From NCBI GenBank assembly GCA_051362555.1, contig CM120640.1:14322001-14386000 (forward strand): a DNA stretch of 64,000 nt, in the 5' to 3' direction. This document shows, piece by piece, positions 12,801 to 25,372 of this stretch. The translations under genes and the position numbers were made by a program. The DNA comes from Lingula anatina. Its lineage: Eukaryota > Animalia > Brachiopoda. Below the pieces are notes generated by a model. It was not told the DNA's origin. It searched no databases and saw only the letters and a list, made by a program, of their open reading frames with translations. Numbering within the stretch: position 1 is the first letter of the stretch; every line of letters begins with the position of its first letter.

Positions 12801-14799
12801 GTTGAGATTATAGGTGACCTAAATCCATGAGATGGGTACGGGGGCCCTTACCGTCTAGGAGGAGAAGCGGTAACGGTAACATGGCGGCGGAGCCGGCGGA
12901 ACGGACCGGACAGGACCGAAACCATGTGTACCGCCAGCGCTAACGCTGGTGGTAAATTTTTTTGTTCAAATTTCAAAATAGTATCTCGAAATTTCGAGAT
13001 AATTTTTTTTTCTACATATGGCACCAGTGGGCTTCCGTACATTTTCCTTTCACCACCAATATGTACTTTTTGATACAGCGTAACTCGAAAACCGTATGGA
13101 ATACAAAAAAACCGAGACCACCTCCAGTGTTGGGCTTTACATGCTCTACAAAATGCAAAAAAGAATGGGTCTCTAGCATTAACGGTTCCCGAATTAGAGA
13201 CAGTTTTCAGTTTCGGTATCTTATGGCCGCTACTCCTGTGAAAATGCACCGATTGACCCCAAATTCACGGAGATGAAAGATGACCTGAAGGGTAACACTT
13301 TCCAATAATATTATTGGTTAAGTCTGAGTGGTGTCTGAATAACAGGGCAAAAAATTTTTTTTTCGTAAAAAATTTCATTTTTTTGAAAATTTTGGCCCAT
13401 TTGACCTTGAAGTAAAGGTCAAAGGTCAAATCCGAGGGTATATTTGAAATCTACACATATGACTTTTGGAAAGCCGTCTGTAGAAATTTTTCCCGTAACT
13501 CCTTCCGTAGGGTAGATAATTAGCATTTAATTTTGCCATTTTTGGACAAGGGTGCATTGCAATGAGTGCCACACCCAGACCCCAATACCGACAAAGCCCA
13601 AATTTTACGTGGAACGAGTTGAGATTATAGGTGACCTAAATCCATGAGATGGGTATGGGGGGCCTTACCGTCTAGGAGGAGAAGCGGTAACGGTAGCCGT
13701 CCGGCGGAGCCGGCGGAGCCGGCGGAGCCGGCGGAACGATCCGGACGAGACCGAAACCATGTGTACCGCCAGCGCTAACGCTGGTGGTACAATTAATAGA
13801 GATTGTCTTTATTTTTTTATTGTGTTCAAATCTCAGTGTTCTGGAAGAATTTGTTAACTTTAAAGAAATCAGTGCTCTTTAACCTTTGTTGAGAGAGAAA
13901 TGGATCTATAACAGATTGGTAATTTACTGATTTTGCTGAGAGAATAAAGGAGAATAAGCCCACACACATAGATTGGCCTGTATTCGGCAACTCAGGTGTG
14001 CCAAGAATTCCCACTGCAGTCATCAGAAAACTATTTTCATCAGGCATAATTTCTTAGCTTCAGGGTTTCACATATATTGGGCATGTTCAAATGCAGTATA
14101 AAGCTTTGCAGGTATTTTTAATAAAATTCATGTTGGTCTTATTGTAAGAGATTGGGATACTAGCAAAATTTTCTTCAATGTTTTCTTTGCCTTGATAAGT
14201 AAGAATTGGCTGTTGTTGTCTTTTATAGCTGTTCAGAGTTTTGTTTTCTTCATTGCTGGTGGAATCTGTTTCATCCCAGGAGGTAAGTGGTTATATATGG
14301 CCGAAAAGCTCTGTAAGATTATTTATTTTAAGCATTCAGTATTGAGAGCATGTGGAACAGGTGAACTTCACTAGTGCTATGCAAAAGATACGTCACATAT
14401 ACCCTGTAGTTAATTAAACCCAAGACTGTTGGGGTGTATAAGTTCATGTAGAAAGTATAAATACAGCATATCATGTATGTTTAAAGGAGAGAGAAGTAAA
14501 GAAAAAGAATACAACAATGCCGGTCTATGGTATATTTACATTACAAAAGCCAGTGGCCATAAGAAAGACCCCTCAACAACAGCACCAATCTAGTACTGCT
14601 GTGCTGTTATGTTTTATCAAATATAGAAGACACTTTACTACTAAAAGCATGATTGTTGCATTTTAATCACTTAGTATCGATTTTCCTGTCATACAGTTTT
14701 GTTCCATTTCTAATTTCAGCCTACCATGTAGTCTATATCTATTGTGCAGTAAAAGGAAGAAGAGGGTTTTCTTTTCATAATTTACCAACTCTGAAGTGA
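6824..14799 (+). CDS. TMEM134: Transmembrane protein 134
   Basis: Exons 6824-6970, 7389-7435 (alternative in-frame acceptor at 7383), 8592-8684, 9448-9524, 9819-9863, 14229-14282, 14720-14799. The motifs FSVDDAFE, WYRHPKVRDNWKIVLASFVLLLIG and FIPGAYHVVYIYCAVKGRRGFSF match TMEM134. Confidence 0.93.
7555..7706. repeat. Imperfect inverted repeat (old MITE)
   Basis: gcacaaaattcctgtgttagca...tattgactaatttgatatc pairs with gatgtcaaaatggtcaata...tgctaacacatgaatttagtgc. Confidence 0.55.
8026..8236. mobile_element. PIF/Harbinger-like MITE
   Basis: TIR agccccctttacactggac / gtccagtgtaaagggagtt with TAA on both flanks (8023-8025, 8237-8239). It sits inside a decayed ggaccaatgaacc-type repeat. Confidence 0.65.
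8936..9031. repeat. Perfect 30-bp palindrome followed by a 26-bp direct copy
   Basis: Arms at 8936-8965 and 8976-9005; 9006-9031 repeats 8945-8970. Confidence 0.9.
10088..11688. repeat. Tandem satellite, 146-bp unit, ~11 copies
   Basis: ggtcaaaggtcaa recurs at 10121, 10266, 10412, 10558, 10704, 10850, 10996, 11142, 11288, 11434 and 11580. Confidence 0.97.
11932..12223. mobile_element. IS3EU-like MITE nested in the HINE
   Basis: TIR tacggaagccgactggtgccatatgt / acatatggcaccagtcggcttccgta; 6-bp TSD catttt (11926-11931, 12224-12229); internal repeats of the palindrome atctcgaaatttcgagat. Confidence 0.85.
12138..13793. repeat. ~816-bp tandem duplication of the HINE terminal segment
   Basis: 12138-12953 is repeated at 12954-13793 with few substitutions; the duplicated ORFs at 12146 and 12962 are 816 bp apart. 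Confidence 0.95.
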
Positions 14800-16787
14800 T
14801 CAAATCCTGAAAGGATATATATACCAGTATATGCGTCAGGCATATTCAATTAAATATTTGCCAAGTACTGAAGATGCAACATTTTGAGGATCCAGTATTG
14901 TGTAACTCAGATAAGAAACAATGCTTAGTTTACACCTGCCAAAACATGGCGCACAAATTGTGGGCACCAAACCCAGGCGTGTATGGTCTGCTTTAATGTC
15001 AACGGTCAACTGGAGATCAGATTTCATAGTCTCTTCAGTCCCAAAACACAGCCAGATCCAGTTGTGGGTTGTACTAAACCAGAGTCAAGCCAGTTATTTT
15101 GTGCACACCCAGCTTTAAATTCAAGTCCCAAGTAGGACTGAAAAAAAAAACAAACTAGCAAACAGTACATATGCTCAAGTTCACTGTTATGTTCATTTAA
15201 TGTGTTAAAATTTGGTGTTCCACAAACCGATTTGTGATATGAAAATATATAGAGATGTAGATATTTAATGTGTTCTAGCTCAGAATTTCATCTCTTTTGC
15301 TTGCCCCTATATATTGAGTAATGTAAATGTTCTAACATTTTAGAGTGTCCTAGAGTAATTATATATTTTCTCATGTATCATAACATGGATAACAAGCACT
15401 CTTAAAATTACCTGTATACATTCCTTGACCTTCTAGAGTAATGTCCCTGTTATGAAGGCTAAAGTGTTGTGTTGGGTCATTGTAAGCATTAGTTATTTCT
15501 GGAAAACTGACCCAACAGTCTTTACGCTCTTTTGATAAATGAGAAATTATCTTAATGTGAGTCAATTGCTGTATTATGATTTTTAATTGTAATTTTTATT
15601 TTATACCGATTTTAAAAGGGAAAGGTCAATTTTTGCATTTATATTTTTGCCTGTATCTTTATTATTTTTTTCAAGAGCGTGCAATATTCTTTGTAAATAG
15701 GAAGACAAGGGTGCAAGATAATTATTTCTTGAACAGGAAATTTTTATATGATTATCATAAATATCAGCTTGTATTAACAATGAAGATAAGAATCCATTTC
15801 ACAAGTTTTATTTATACACCTCACCAGGTAGGAATATTTTTGTAGATTTTGTTAAGGAAAATGATGTGGATCAGTTTTGAGCACGGTTTTCATATCGCAT
15901 GTGTATCCCATCTTAGTCCCATTATATTTCCAAGAAAAGTTAGATTATTGGTTAATAAATTAATCAGATATAAATATTAGTATGATATTGGAAATGATGT
16001 GCTCTCATCACCTCATGCTACATGAAGAAGAAAAGTTTTAATGGGCTCTTCTTGTGTTATTGTTATTAACTTATTCTGAATAAAAGACCTTTCAAAATTT
16101 GTTAAATCTCTGTCAGTCAATGTTTATACACATCCAGGCCAAGTGCATTTCTGAATGCAATAATCGGGCATGATTTAATAATCAACATAAGGAGTTGAAA
16201 ATTCTGTTTGTTTGAATGAACAGAATGTCAGATAAAAACAACTTTTCAGGAAGTGTCCCATGTTATGAGACATTTATTAACATTAAGAACACAAGCACTA
16301 AGTTAGTGCTTGTGTTAAACACAATTTCTTAAATTATTTCTCCAGTCTGTTAAGAAAAACCCCTTAGTTTGCACTGCAAACATTTACTGATGGAAAGTTA
16401 AATCACTCCCATAACATTCTTGTTAATCAACCTTAACAGTTACATTGGCCTCAAAGTTTGAGTTGCACAAGACATTCTCCTCACGGGAGATAAAAAGCCG
16501 TTTTTAATTGCATTATTTAACAAACTGGCACATTCCAATAACTATGACCTACTTCATCTACAAAACTTGCAGGTAACTTTAGGTCAGAACTTCACATCAT
16601 GAACGGTCTGAACAAAAAATGAGATTTTTTTCAGCAGTTTATCTAATATAAATTTGTTTTTTCCTCACATATAATCAATAACACTGCGATTAAAGGGTAC
16701 AGATAACAAATACTTTAAAATTAATTTATATCATTTAAAATAAATTGACCACAAAAATTAAATTAGCAAATCACAAATTCCTTTGTT

Positions 16788-19700
16788 TCACAAATCTTTC
16801 TTTGTCCTGCTTCTGGAGGTTCTCTGGAAAAAAAGTCCTAAATTCAGTGATCCAGAACATTAATATTTCTTAAAATCTGAAATTAATAAATCAGACTTAC
16901 AGATAAGATGACCACATATTGATTTTTTGTGTTCTGCATTGCATTTTTTTTTACTTCATCTTACAAAATTGTATACCTTATTTCAGTTCAAGTAACACCA
17001 ATTTGTTTTCCTTAATACATTTTTTCTAAATATAATTTAAATAAAGTACTCTGATAAAATAAAATAAAAAAGTTTTTGACTAATAAATTAAATACCTTAG
17101 ATCTCCCCCCTCCCTCTTCCCAATCTTGTGGACCACCTTCCTGTGTTTCCACTCTGAGCGAGGGTCCAAGATAATCCAAGGCGTCTGACCGTATTGTGGC
17201 TGCTGGAACGTTTCTGAAAGGAACATTTTAATTTATAAGAAATAATTAGTGTTTTTTGTTTTTGTTTTTTTTTTTAAATTTCATTTTAACTTTTTCTTGC
17301 AATCCTACAATAATTTGTATGATTGACAGAAGATGAAACATTTCTAAAGTGTTTCTTTAAGAATTATTGAAAGATTTGGTTCAGCACATCAGCCTTTAGT
17401 ACTTATTTCAAAACTACATAATGCACTAGCTGGTTGACCAAATGTACAATGCACAGGGGGATACTTAAAGTTTATAGGTGGCCAAAAGGGCAAAAATTCA
17501 TGACGTCGATTCAGTTGTTTCGTCGATTCACTGCCTTCCCATCGATTCAGTTTCAAGTTTAAACGACCCTATCATAAATTCAGCATCAATTTTCGTCAAT
17601 TCAATTGTCAAACATTTCTCGTCAATGGTGTATTAAAACAAATGCTGTCACTATTTTCGTCGATCGTGTAACTATTCTCGTCGATCGTCAAATTATTCTC
17701 GTCGATCGCGTAACTGTTCTCGTCTATCCTGTAACGTCACTTCATCATTCATCAATCGATCGCCAGAGGGCGCTGCGGTAGCAACACCTGCTTCTGTCTG
17801 TAAATCACGCGGTAATTTTTAACTCAGACAGCCATGGTCAGAGTTGAAAACAACTAGTAAAAAATGTTGTTACAACCGAATAGATTTTAATTATTAACAA
17901 TTAAAATTGAAATTGTTGAGAAAATTTTCTTATTTCACTATCAATCATTTTGTTGGCTGCCATTTTGATAGTCATGTGATTGGCCAATGTGCTACCGCAG
18001 CGCCCTCTGGCGATTGATTGATGAATGATGAAGTGACGTGTCGTTACAGGATTGACGAGAACAGTTAGACGATCACCGAGAATAGTTACACAATCGACGA
18101 GAATAGCGACAGCATTGGTTTTAATACACCCTTGATGAGAAATGTTTGATAATTGAATTGACGAAAATTGATGCTGAATTTATGACAGGGTTGTTTAAAC
18201 TTGAAACTGAATCAATGGGAAGGCAGTGAATGGACGGAACATAACTAAATCAACGACATGAATTTTTGCTCTTTTGGCCACCCATAAAAGTTCACCCATT
18301 AAAAGGAAGTTGATTTCATTTTGTTTAAGATGACAATAATAGGCTTTCAAATGGTTACAAACCTTGACCTTCTCCCTCTGCGTGGTTCAGTGCTGCCTCT
18401 AGTGGCAAAGCTTGCCTGATACCCAGCATTAGCTTTCACTGAACTGTCATCTTCTTCACTTCTTTGTGCAAGGGAAGGCTTGTTTTTTGGTTGAGCACCT
18501 TGTATAATAAAGATGGAAGTAATATCCATCACAATATCATATCAGATTGTAAAGTCTTACATTAGTAAATGTAAGAATGCTATTTAAATCTGGAATTTGT
18601 AATTACTGTAACTGTTGACAACGTTTGCCTGAGACAAAAGATGCTGATGATTATTCAAACCAAAATTGCAATACAAATCACAAAAATGAACACCACACAT
18701 ACCACTGTGAGGGCTGCCACTCCAGGCTAAACTTTTATCATTCTGTGGAGTCCTATTCTTGTCATGGGAAGCTGTAGCTCCAGGCCTTTCATAACTGCTC
18801 CTGTTCTTGGTGTTCTTCATTCCTTTACTTCCCCTGTCCTTGGGGTTTAAATGTCCTAATAAATCATATGATGTGATGGGGGGAGGTGTCACTAAATCGT
18901 GTAAAATTTCTTGAGTTCTAGAAGCACTGTTCTTCCTGCGTGTATCTTGTCTCGTGGAAGACACTGGTTCTTCTGCTCTTACCCACTTGTCTCGTGCTTC
19001 CACTTTTTGGGCTGGAAAAGCAGTTTGTGAAAATCCTTGAGCGTGTCCTGTTATTCTATTGACAGTCTTCTGACTATTATCCACTTTGGTCATTTTAGCC
19101 TTATTCTTTTGAGCTGTGGTTTCACTACTATTCTTTTGGCTTTTTAATTCAGTGTCGCTGTCTAGCATTCTAAAGGAAGGATCTTGTTGCCTCCTTAGTG
19201 TCCTTCTAGAATCTCTTCCAGTATCTAACTCAGCAGTTACACTATTGATTCTTGGTGGTATCCTAGTATGCTGTACAGCTGGGGACATTACCCTGGGGGT
19301 TTGAGTTACATTGGAAGGACACACAGCCTACAATAAACCACAATCAAAAGTAAAAACATATGATGTAGATGTTAATATTAGGACCCGAAGAATGCATTTA
19401 GAGAAAAAAACTGGTATTTACATGAAATCAACCATAATTCTATTAAACTGAATTGTTTCAAATAATTGTTTGTAACACAAAAAGCATTTGCATCTTTTTT
19501 TTCATGTTAAAGAGCTTTTACTTAGAAAAAAAGTTCTTCTCAAAAATAGATTGAAAAGATTTGAACTAAATAATATATATTTTTCTTTTCTTACCTGATG
19601 TTGAACCAAAAAATCTATGGGAAAAAGTGCATCACAGAATTCACATGGTAACATCACATCATCTGCTGTGGTAAACTCTGCAGGCACTGGCTGGGAGTAC

Positions 19701-22700
19701 CTTTACAAACATTCAAAAAATATTAGAACAACAAATATTAGAATAACTGAAAAAGATTACAAAAATCATAAATAATTATTTATGTAAGAGATGAAAATCT
19801 TTATCAGTAGCACTAAAGAACTGATAAGCTGTAAGAAGACCATTTAATTTTAATTCCATTGATGTGCATATATTTACATATCTGCATTATCTGCAATTTG
19901 AAAACAATATAACATCTATGCTTCCTAAATAAATTAAAAGTGAAAGAAAGAAAAAAATATTTGGTACCATTCTTGAGCAGCAACATAAGAAAGGTTATCA
20001 ACTATGTGTGGTAATGCTGATGGTGTGCTTGGTAAATGTTGTTGCTGATTGTTTCTTTGGCGATTTCCTGTAGTTTGGGAGTTACTGACTGACGTTATGT
20101 CTTGGAGACAATTATTCTGAAAAGAAATATTCTAACTAATATGAGCCTACTTCTTAACAGAACCAAAAGTAATTAGCAACTTTTGTAATTTGTTATATAT
20201 GTGGAGTAATATTTTTTCTCCCGACATTCCCTCAAGGGGACATATAATGCAACATTGTACAGTCCATTGGCAATACATATTTACATTTTTATTTGAGTAA
20301 AACTTATGTCAGTATTTTTACATTTTTCAAGAGACTGGTAAATATAATAAGATGACAGAAAAATAAAAAGAAAACAAAAGTTAGTGTATGCCAGTTATAT
20401 GTACATGGGCTGCTTACCTGGTGCTGAAGAAGCATGCTGGCTGGTATATCTACTCCACAGTGTTCACAGGGAAGTGCTGGATCATCTGCACAAATGGAAA
20501 TCAATTATTTATCATTATCTACAGACTGCTTACAGTATATTGAAATCTAGCATAGTATTTAAAGAAAAATAGTTTTGGGATATAAATTCTACTATCCCTG
20601 TCAGACAATTTTCTCTGACATAATATTAGTAGTGGAATTTTAAAATTTCTGTAAATATTTGTAAGGGGGAGGGGATCTTTAAGCTTCAATGGCAAAAGAA
20701 AACAGAAACCAAAAACATAAATGAAATAATATTACATTAATGCAGAAAACTTCATCATATTCACAGACTATACCTGGCATGTAAAAGTTATGTGAAGATA
20801 TGTCATCAGAGGGTGTTTCTTCCTCAATTTCATTTAAATACTGCATGAGGTCTGCTTCTGTGCCACCTTCAGTTTCAGTAGCAGAGTTCAAGTCATGTGC
20901 AAGATGAAGTGCTAACAGGTGGTCTAAATCTTCACCATCATCTCCATCTGCTTCTAATAAAAACATGTTTATCAATTACGAAAGGTAATATTTCTAATTG
21001 TTTCCCATGTAAATATGACAAACAAAATTCACTCACCAAAAAAAGGGGTGAGAATTAATCTTAAAAACTACTATTGCAAAATTTATATATGGCAAAACAT
21101 ATAGAATAAGAAACATTGAAAAATGCACAGCAGGTGGATTATAAAAATACGTATTCTCATGATTCTAATAATCAATTTCTGAAATTGAAAATTCCCATGT
21201 TTCTTTCCATCCACCTAATGGTAAGATAAACAATAAATAAATTTATAATATCTGAAATGAATAACCATAACAAAAAGACAATTTGGCATTGAAAACAAGT
21301 TCTCTTTTTACCTAGACTCTGATTTAAATTTCTTCCTGGAGTTTTCCTGGACTGTCTGCTTTCATTGGACATCTTTTTCAATAGGGAATTTGTGCCCTGT
21401 GCTACTCCACGTCCTCCCTGTGTTCTTCTTGCAGCATTCGTAACCTTCACCCCTCCTCTCCTACCACCTCCTCTCCCCACAGGATTGTTGATCCTTCCTC
21501 CTACACCAACTTCTGCCCTGTTCATCATTCTTTCTAACTCTTGCATTGAAAAAGGATTCAGCTCAACAACTTCTGGGGTTTCTGTCCTTCTGTTTAACGG
21601 TGTATGTCCATTTGTGTTTTGCGGATAAGTGCAGTTTGTTTCATCATGTTTGTCTTGGTCTTTAAGCATAATGAATTGAGCACATTTGAAGCACTGCTCT
21701 GTGCGCGTGCCACAGTATGATATATGGTTGGGGAGATCATCTGCAGGAAATTCTAGTTCACAGAAACAGCAGGACTGTGGGCGTTTTGGACAATTGTCCT
21801 AGAATATGAAATACAATAGACGTTATGTAATTCTGAAAATTTGTAATGCAAGTTCACAGCATAGCTGTGCTATAAAACTTTCATCAACATTCTTAGAAAT
21901 ATGAACTATAAACAGAGATTACATAATTTTAAGATTTTGAAAAGAGTGTCAATGGCAAATTTGTCATTGTCAAGCAAAATAAATTATAATTTTTGCGACA
22001 CTGGCAACTTATATATATTTGGTCAGGTATATTATATTTTTCATTTTTACCACTGCTTGCTTCAGTAATTATTCAAAATCTACTTTTCTAATTTAAGCAT
22101 TCTATACCGACTCACATTATGCCACCTACAGCATGTAAAGAAAGATACTTGACAACTAGACAATGGAACAAACTTAGTATGTACACAATAATCTCCATAT
22201 TTTTCCTTGAGATTTGTATATCTGATCTTTTTCAAACACTAACCTTATGAGACTCAATATTAAGTTTTTCTACTTCCAAACCGCAAAGTTCACATCCAAT
22301 TGTGGCATGATTTTCTTCAAAGTGATTGTCCATTTCAGACCTTGGGACAGGTTCATTGCAATTTTTACATAATACAATGTTCCTCTTGCAGTGAATTTCA
22401 TGCATCATGTAATTACTTGATGCAATATCACGTTTACTAAAATAAAAAATAGATAAAAATTAAAATAGAACTGGATGAAAGCTAATTTTATTCTTTATTT
22501 ATTACCTTTTACATCAAATATACTTACAATATCAAAATTACTGCAAATTGTAATCACAGAATTTTGTTATTTATGTAGACAAAGATCCAGAATATTATAT
22601 AGTCTAGGCATGAAACAAAATACCCCCTTAGAAGGTAGATACCATAGATCTTCAAAAATATATATATTAGATTTAGGCAAATAACCAAAAATCATACACG

Positions 22701-22916
22701 AAATGTGTTTCAGCATTTAGCCTAGACATTAAACACATAAAAAAATACGTTCGTTATAAGCTCTATAACTTTTTGCTTAATAACATTAAACAACAAAACA
22801 AGTGAGTAATGCAGTGATAACGTGAATGTGCAGAAGTAAAGCCAAGTTGAAAGTGAAACACGCAAGTCCTACCAATTAGAACAAAACTTCATCTCAGCCT
22901 CACACCCTCCTTCCAT
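16788..22916 (-). CDS. TRAFD1: TRAF-type zinc finger domain-containing protein 1 (FLN29/XAF1 family)
   Basis: Exons 22873-22916, 22244-22436, 21312-21798, 20774-20953, 20418-20485, 19968-20116, 19595-19700, 18703-19327, 18363-18498, 17096-17213, 16788-16823. N-terminus FCSNCKRDIASSNYMMHEIHCKRNIVLCKNCNEPVPRSEMDNH...YCGTRTEQC; later zinc fingers LPCEHC and LPCEFC. Confidence 0.88.
17473..18286. mobile_element. Fold-back IS3EU-like element with ~320-bp TIRs in a TRAFD1 intron
   Basis: Ends tataggtggccaaaag / cttttggccacccata; 6-bp TSD aaagtt (17467-17472, 18287-18292). The arms stay complementary as far as cgccagagggcgctgcggtagca / tgctaccgcagcgccctctggcg. Confidence 0.85.
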
Positions 22917-23341
22917 TTTGTTGCATAAATTTGATGGGATTGTAAATTAATGCAACTAATAATCCAGACTGCTGGTCAATTTGGAAATAAGAATGAGTGA
23001 CCGCTCTTTGAGGGGACGTCACTTTTTCCTCAACAACAGTAGTCGGCATTCCCCACTGTGGACTCGATTTCGAAAGTAAATTGAGAAAATAGCTAAATAC
23101 ACGTTAGCGTCTATTTCTAAAACGAGGTGTTAGTGTGGAGAATGATGCTGGTGTCGTCATCTTCCAACCTCGAGTAATTTAACAGGCCTGCAATGATTGG
23201 ATGAATATAGAATGAATATGTGATGCATTTTACTATTGGTCAATCACTACTTCCGTTCATGTTTATTTTTAGCTTCCGGTGTCAAAGCACGTGTGTATGT
23301 TCAGATGAAATATAATTGACCACTGATAGGTGACTAGATTA
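22917..23341. promoter_or_regulatory. Bidirectional promoter, TRAFD1/TIMM10
   Basis: Divergent starts ~430 bp apart; ETS-like cttccg (23250, 23273), ATTGG boxes and a CACGTG at 23288. Confidence 0.55.
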
Positions 23342-23347
23342 ATGAAT

Positions 23348-24033
23348 ATGGCTAATCAACAATTATCCGCAGAACAGCAAAAGATGGCTGAATTGGAGAT
23401 AGAAATGATGGCAGATATGTTTAATCGGCAAGTATTTCATGGAGAATAAAGTCAAGTTAAAATTTGTGGCATTTAATTTTTTATGCAGTGTGCAACTGCA
23501 AATAATAAAATTATGATAAATGTCTCTCTCACACACAGGCACCACACACACAGTAAGAGAAGGTGTATAGTTAATTAGAAAAGGTACTTGTGTAAGAGAC
23601 GGCACAAGCTCCGTTCACTTGATATTAAAAACATGATATGATCACATGAATATAAAGCAACTTTTCTTCCATTAATAGCTAAAAATAGTAATATTGACAG
23701 TTAATATTACCTCCAATGTAAAATTATGTTTATTATCATAAAATAAAACAGCTGATGAAATTCTTCTATGATATGATCGCCATGTGAAGAGTTTTAGTAA
23801 GATAAATATGATGACTTCTTTTTTTCAGAATGACAAAAGCATGTCGACAAAAATGTATACCAACGAGGTACTCAGAAGCTGAACTTACTAAAGCAGAAGG
23901 AGTTTGTGTCGACCGCTGTGTTAACAAATACATGGAGATTCATGAACTGATAGGAAAAAGACTAAGTGAACTAACTATGTCAGATGAAAATGCAATGAAA
24001 GCAGCACAAGCAGCACAACAAGGGACTAGTTAA
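23348..24033 (+). CDS. TIMM10: Mitochondrial import inner membrane translocase subunit Tim10
   Basis: Exon 1 23348-23427 (in-frame ATG also at 23342) gives MANQQLSAEQQKMAELEIEMMADMFNR. A GC-AG intron follows, then exon 2 23829-24033 MTKACRQKC...EGVCVDRCVNKY with the twin CX3C motif. Confidence 0.95.
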
Positions 24034-25372
24034 AAAATGGATGATTTAATACCATGTATCATTAGCCAAAATCAACCTAAAAAAAGGGTCATGGGAGGCA
24101 GACACAGTTGGATTTTCCCATGAACATATTATTTTTAGGAATTCAAGGAAGTCATTGGGTCTACATAAATTATGAGTTTTGTCTGTAGTTAACAGTTTGA
24201 CAGTTCCAATGCTGTGGACAGAACATTTGAAGCATTTACATTGACATTTGTTTATTTTAACTGTTTTTCACATAAAGATATAAAAAAATTAACTGTGCTC
24301 TTCAGCAAATCATATGTAGCATGCAACAGTGACAATTCTGGTGCATTTTATTACTTTTAGTTAATTTTTTTATTTTGACAATGTATGGTATAACATATGA
24401 ATCACGTCTTATGTTATATATTTGTTGACACTTGTGAAGTTAAGAATAATTTATCTTAAATAGTATAAATAATACCAACATAGGTCAATTTGTCTTGTTT
24501 TGTTGTTGTTCATTTTGCTAAGCAGTGTACACTAGAGGGTTTAAAAATTGCAGCTGAACCATATAGTGTTAAAGTTATACATGTAAAACAAATATTTTAA
24601 AATGACCAGATGCCATAATTTTGTTTGAATGTCCTGCAAAGTTCCCTTGTCCTCAATTCAGACCTTTAAAATGTTAAACCCCCTCTAATAAAAGTACCTA
24701 ATGTCAATATCCAGCTGAAATGCCAAGAAGACTACTGATTATATTGGTTTAAATTGATCATTATTCCTTTAGAACGTGGTTGAATGGTGCCAAACTTTAA
24801 GTACAGTGACAGTAGAACACTGCTTTTTTAGTCAGAGAAAAACTTTTCTTAAGTAGGAGGCTGTGTAAATTTGAGTTTGTGCAGGAAAGGAAAGAGAGGA
24901 AGAGTGCTGGTTATGTTTACAAAAAAAAAATTTTTTTGTTGTTGTTGACCAATGATTAACAGGGATAACCACTGTTGTTTGTTGTCTTTTCATAAAAAAA
25001 AGGTAATGTGTAAGGGCTAATTCACTAACAACAAAAATACACGATTCGAGGCGACTGATGCCAGGAATCGAAGATGCATGAACAAGCTCTAACTTGGTTA
25101 CACAGGTCTTCACAATTTCAACGGAAGTGCCTAAGAGCTCCCACAAATTTTATACATGCAACATCCGAGAAAAAAAGACGAACTGGATAATAATGTTTAC
25201 TTTCTAAAGGACATCACGTATAGTACTTTGACATATGGTGATTTTTTCCAGTGTAGTTTGATTTAAAAAAATAACTTTTGGCATTCATAGTATGAAGAAT
25301 ACAAACAATTTGGCGTAAGAATATGTATCCTATCCCAGGTATCGCACAACTTCGCGAGACTTCCAAAGCAAT

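Larger units (their letters stand above)
9901..13795. mobile_element. Helentron-associated non-autonomous element (HINE-like) carrying a satellite array, in a TMEM134 intron
   Basis: Starts aactagagg with hairpin gaggcg-atac-cgcctc. Subterminal IR attgtaccaccagc (9939-9952) / gctggtggtacaat (13780-13793). Terminal hairpin gtaccgccagcg-ctaa-cgctggtggtac is preceded by a (ggcggagcc)n minisatellite. No TSD. Confidence 0.85.

Noticed and set aside
12128-13276. Duplicated 101-133 aa ORFs
   Set aside because: They lie within a MITE/HINE duplication, occur on both strands and show no domain motifs.
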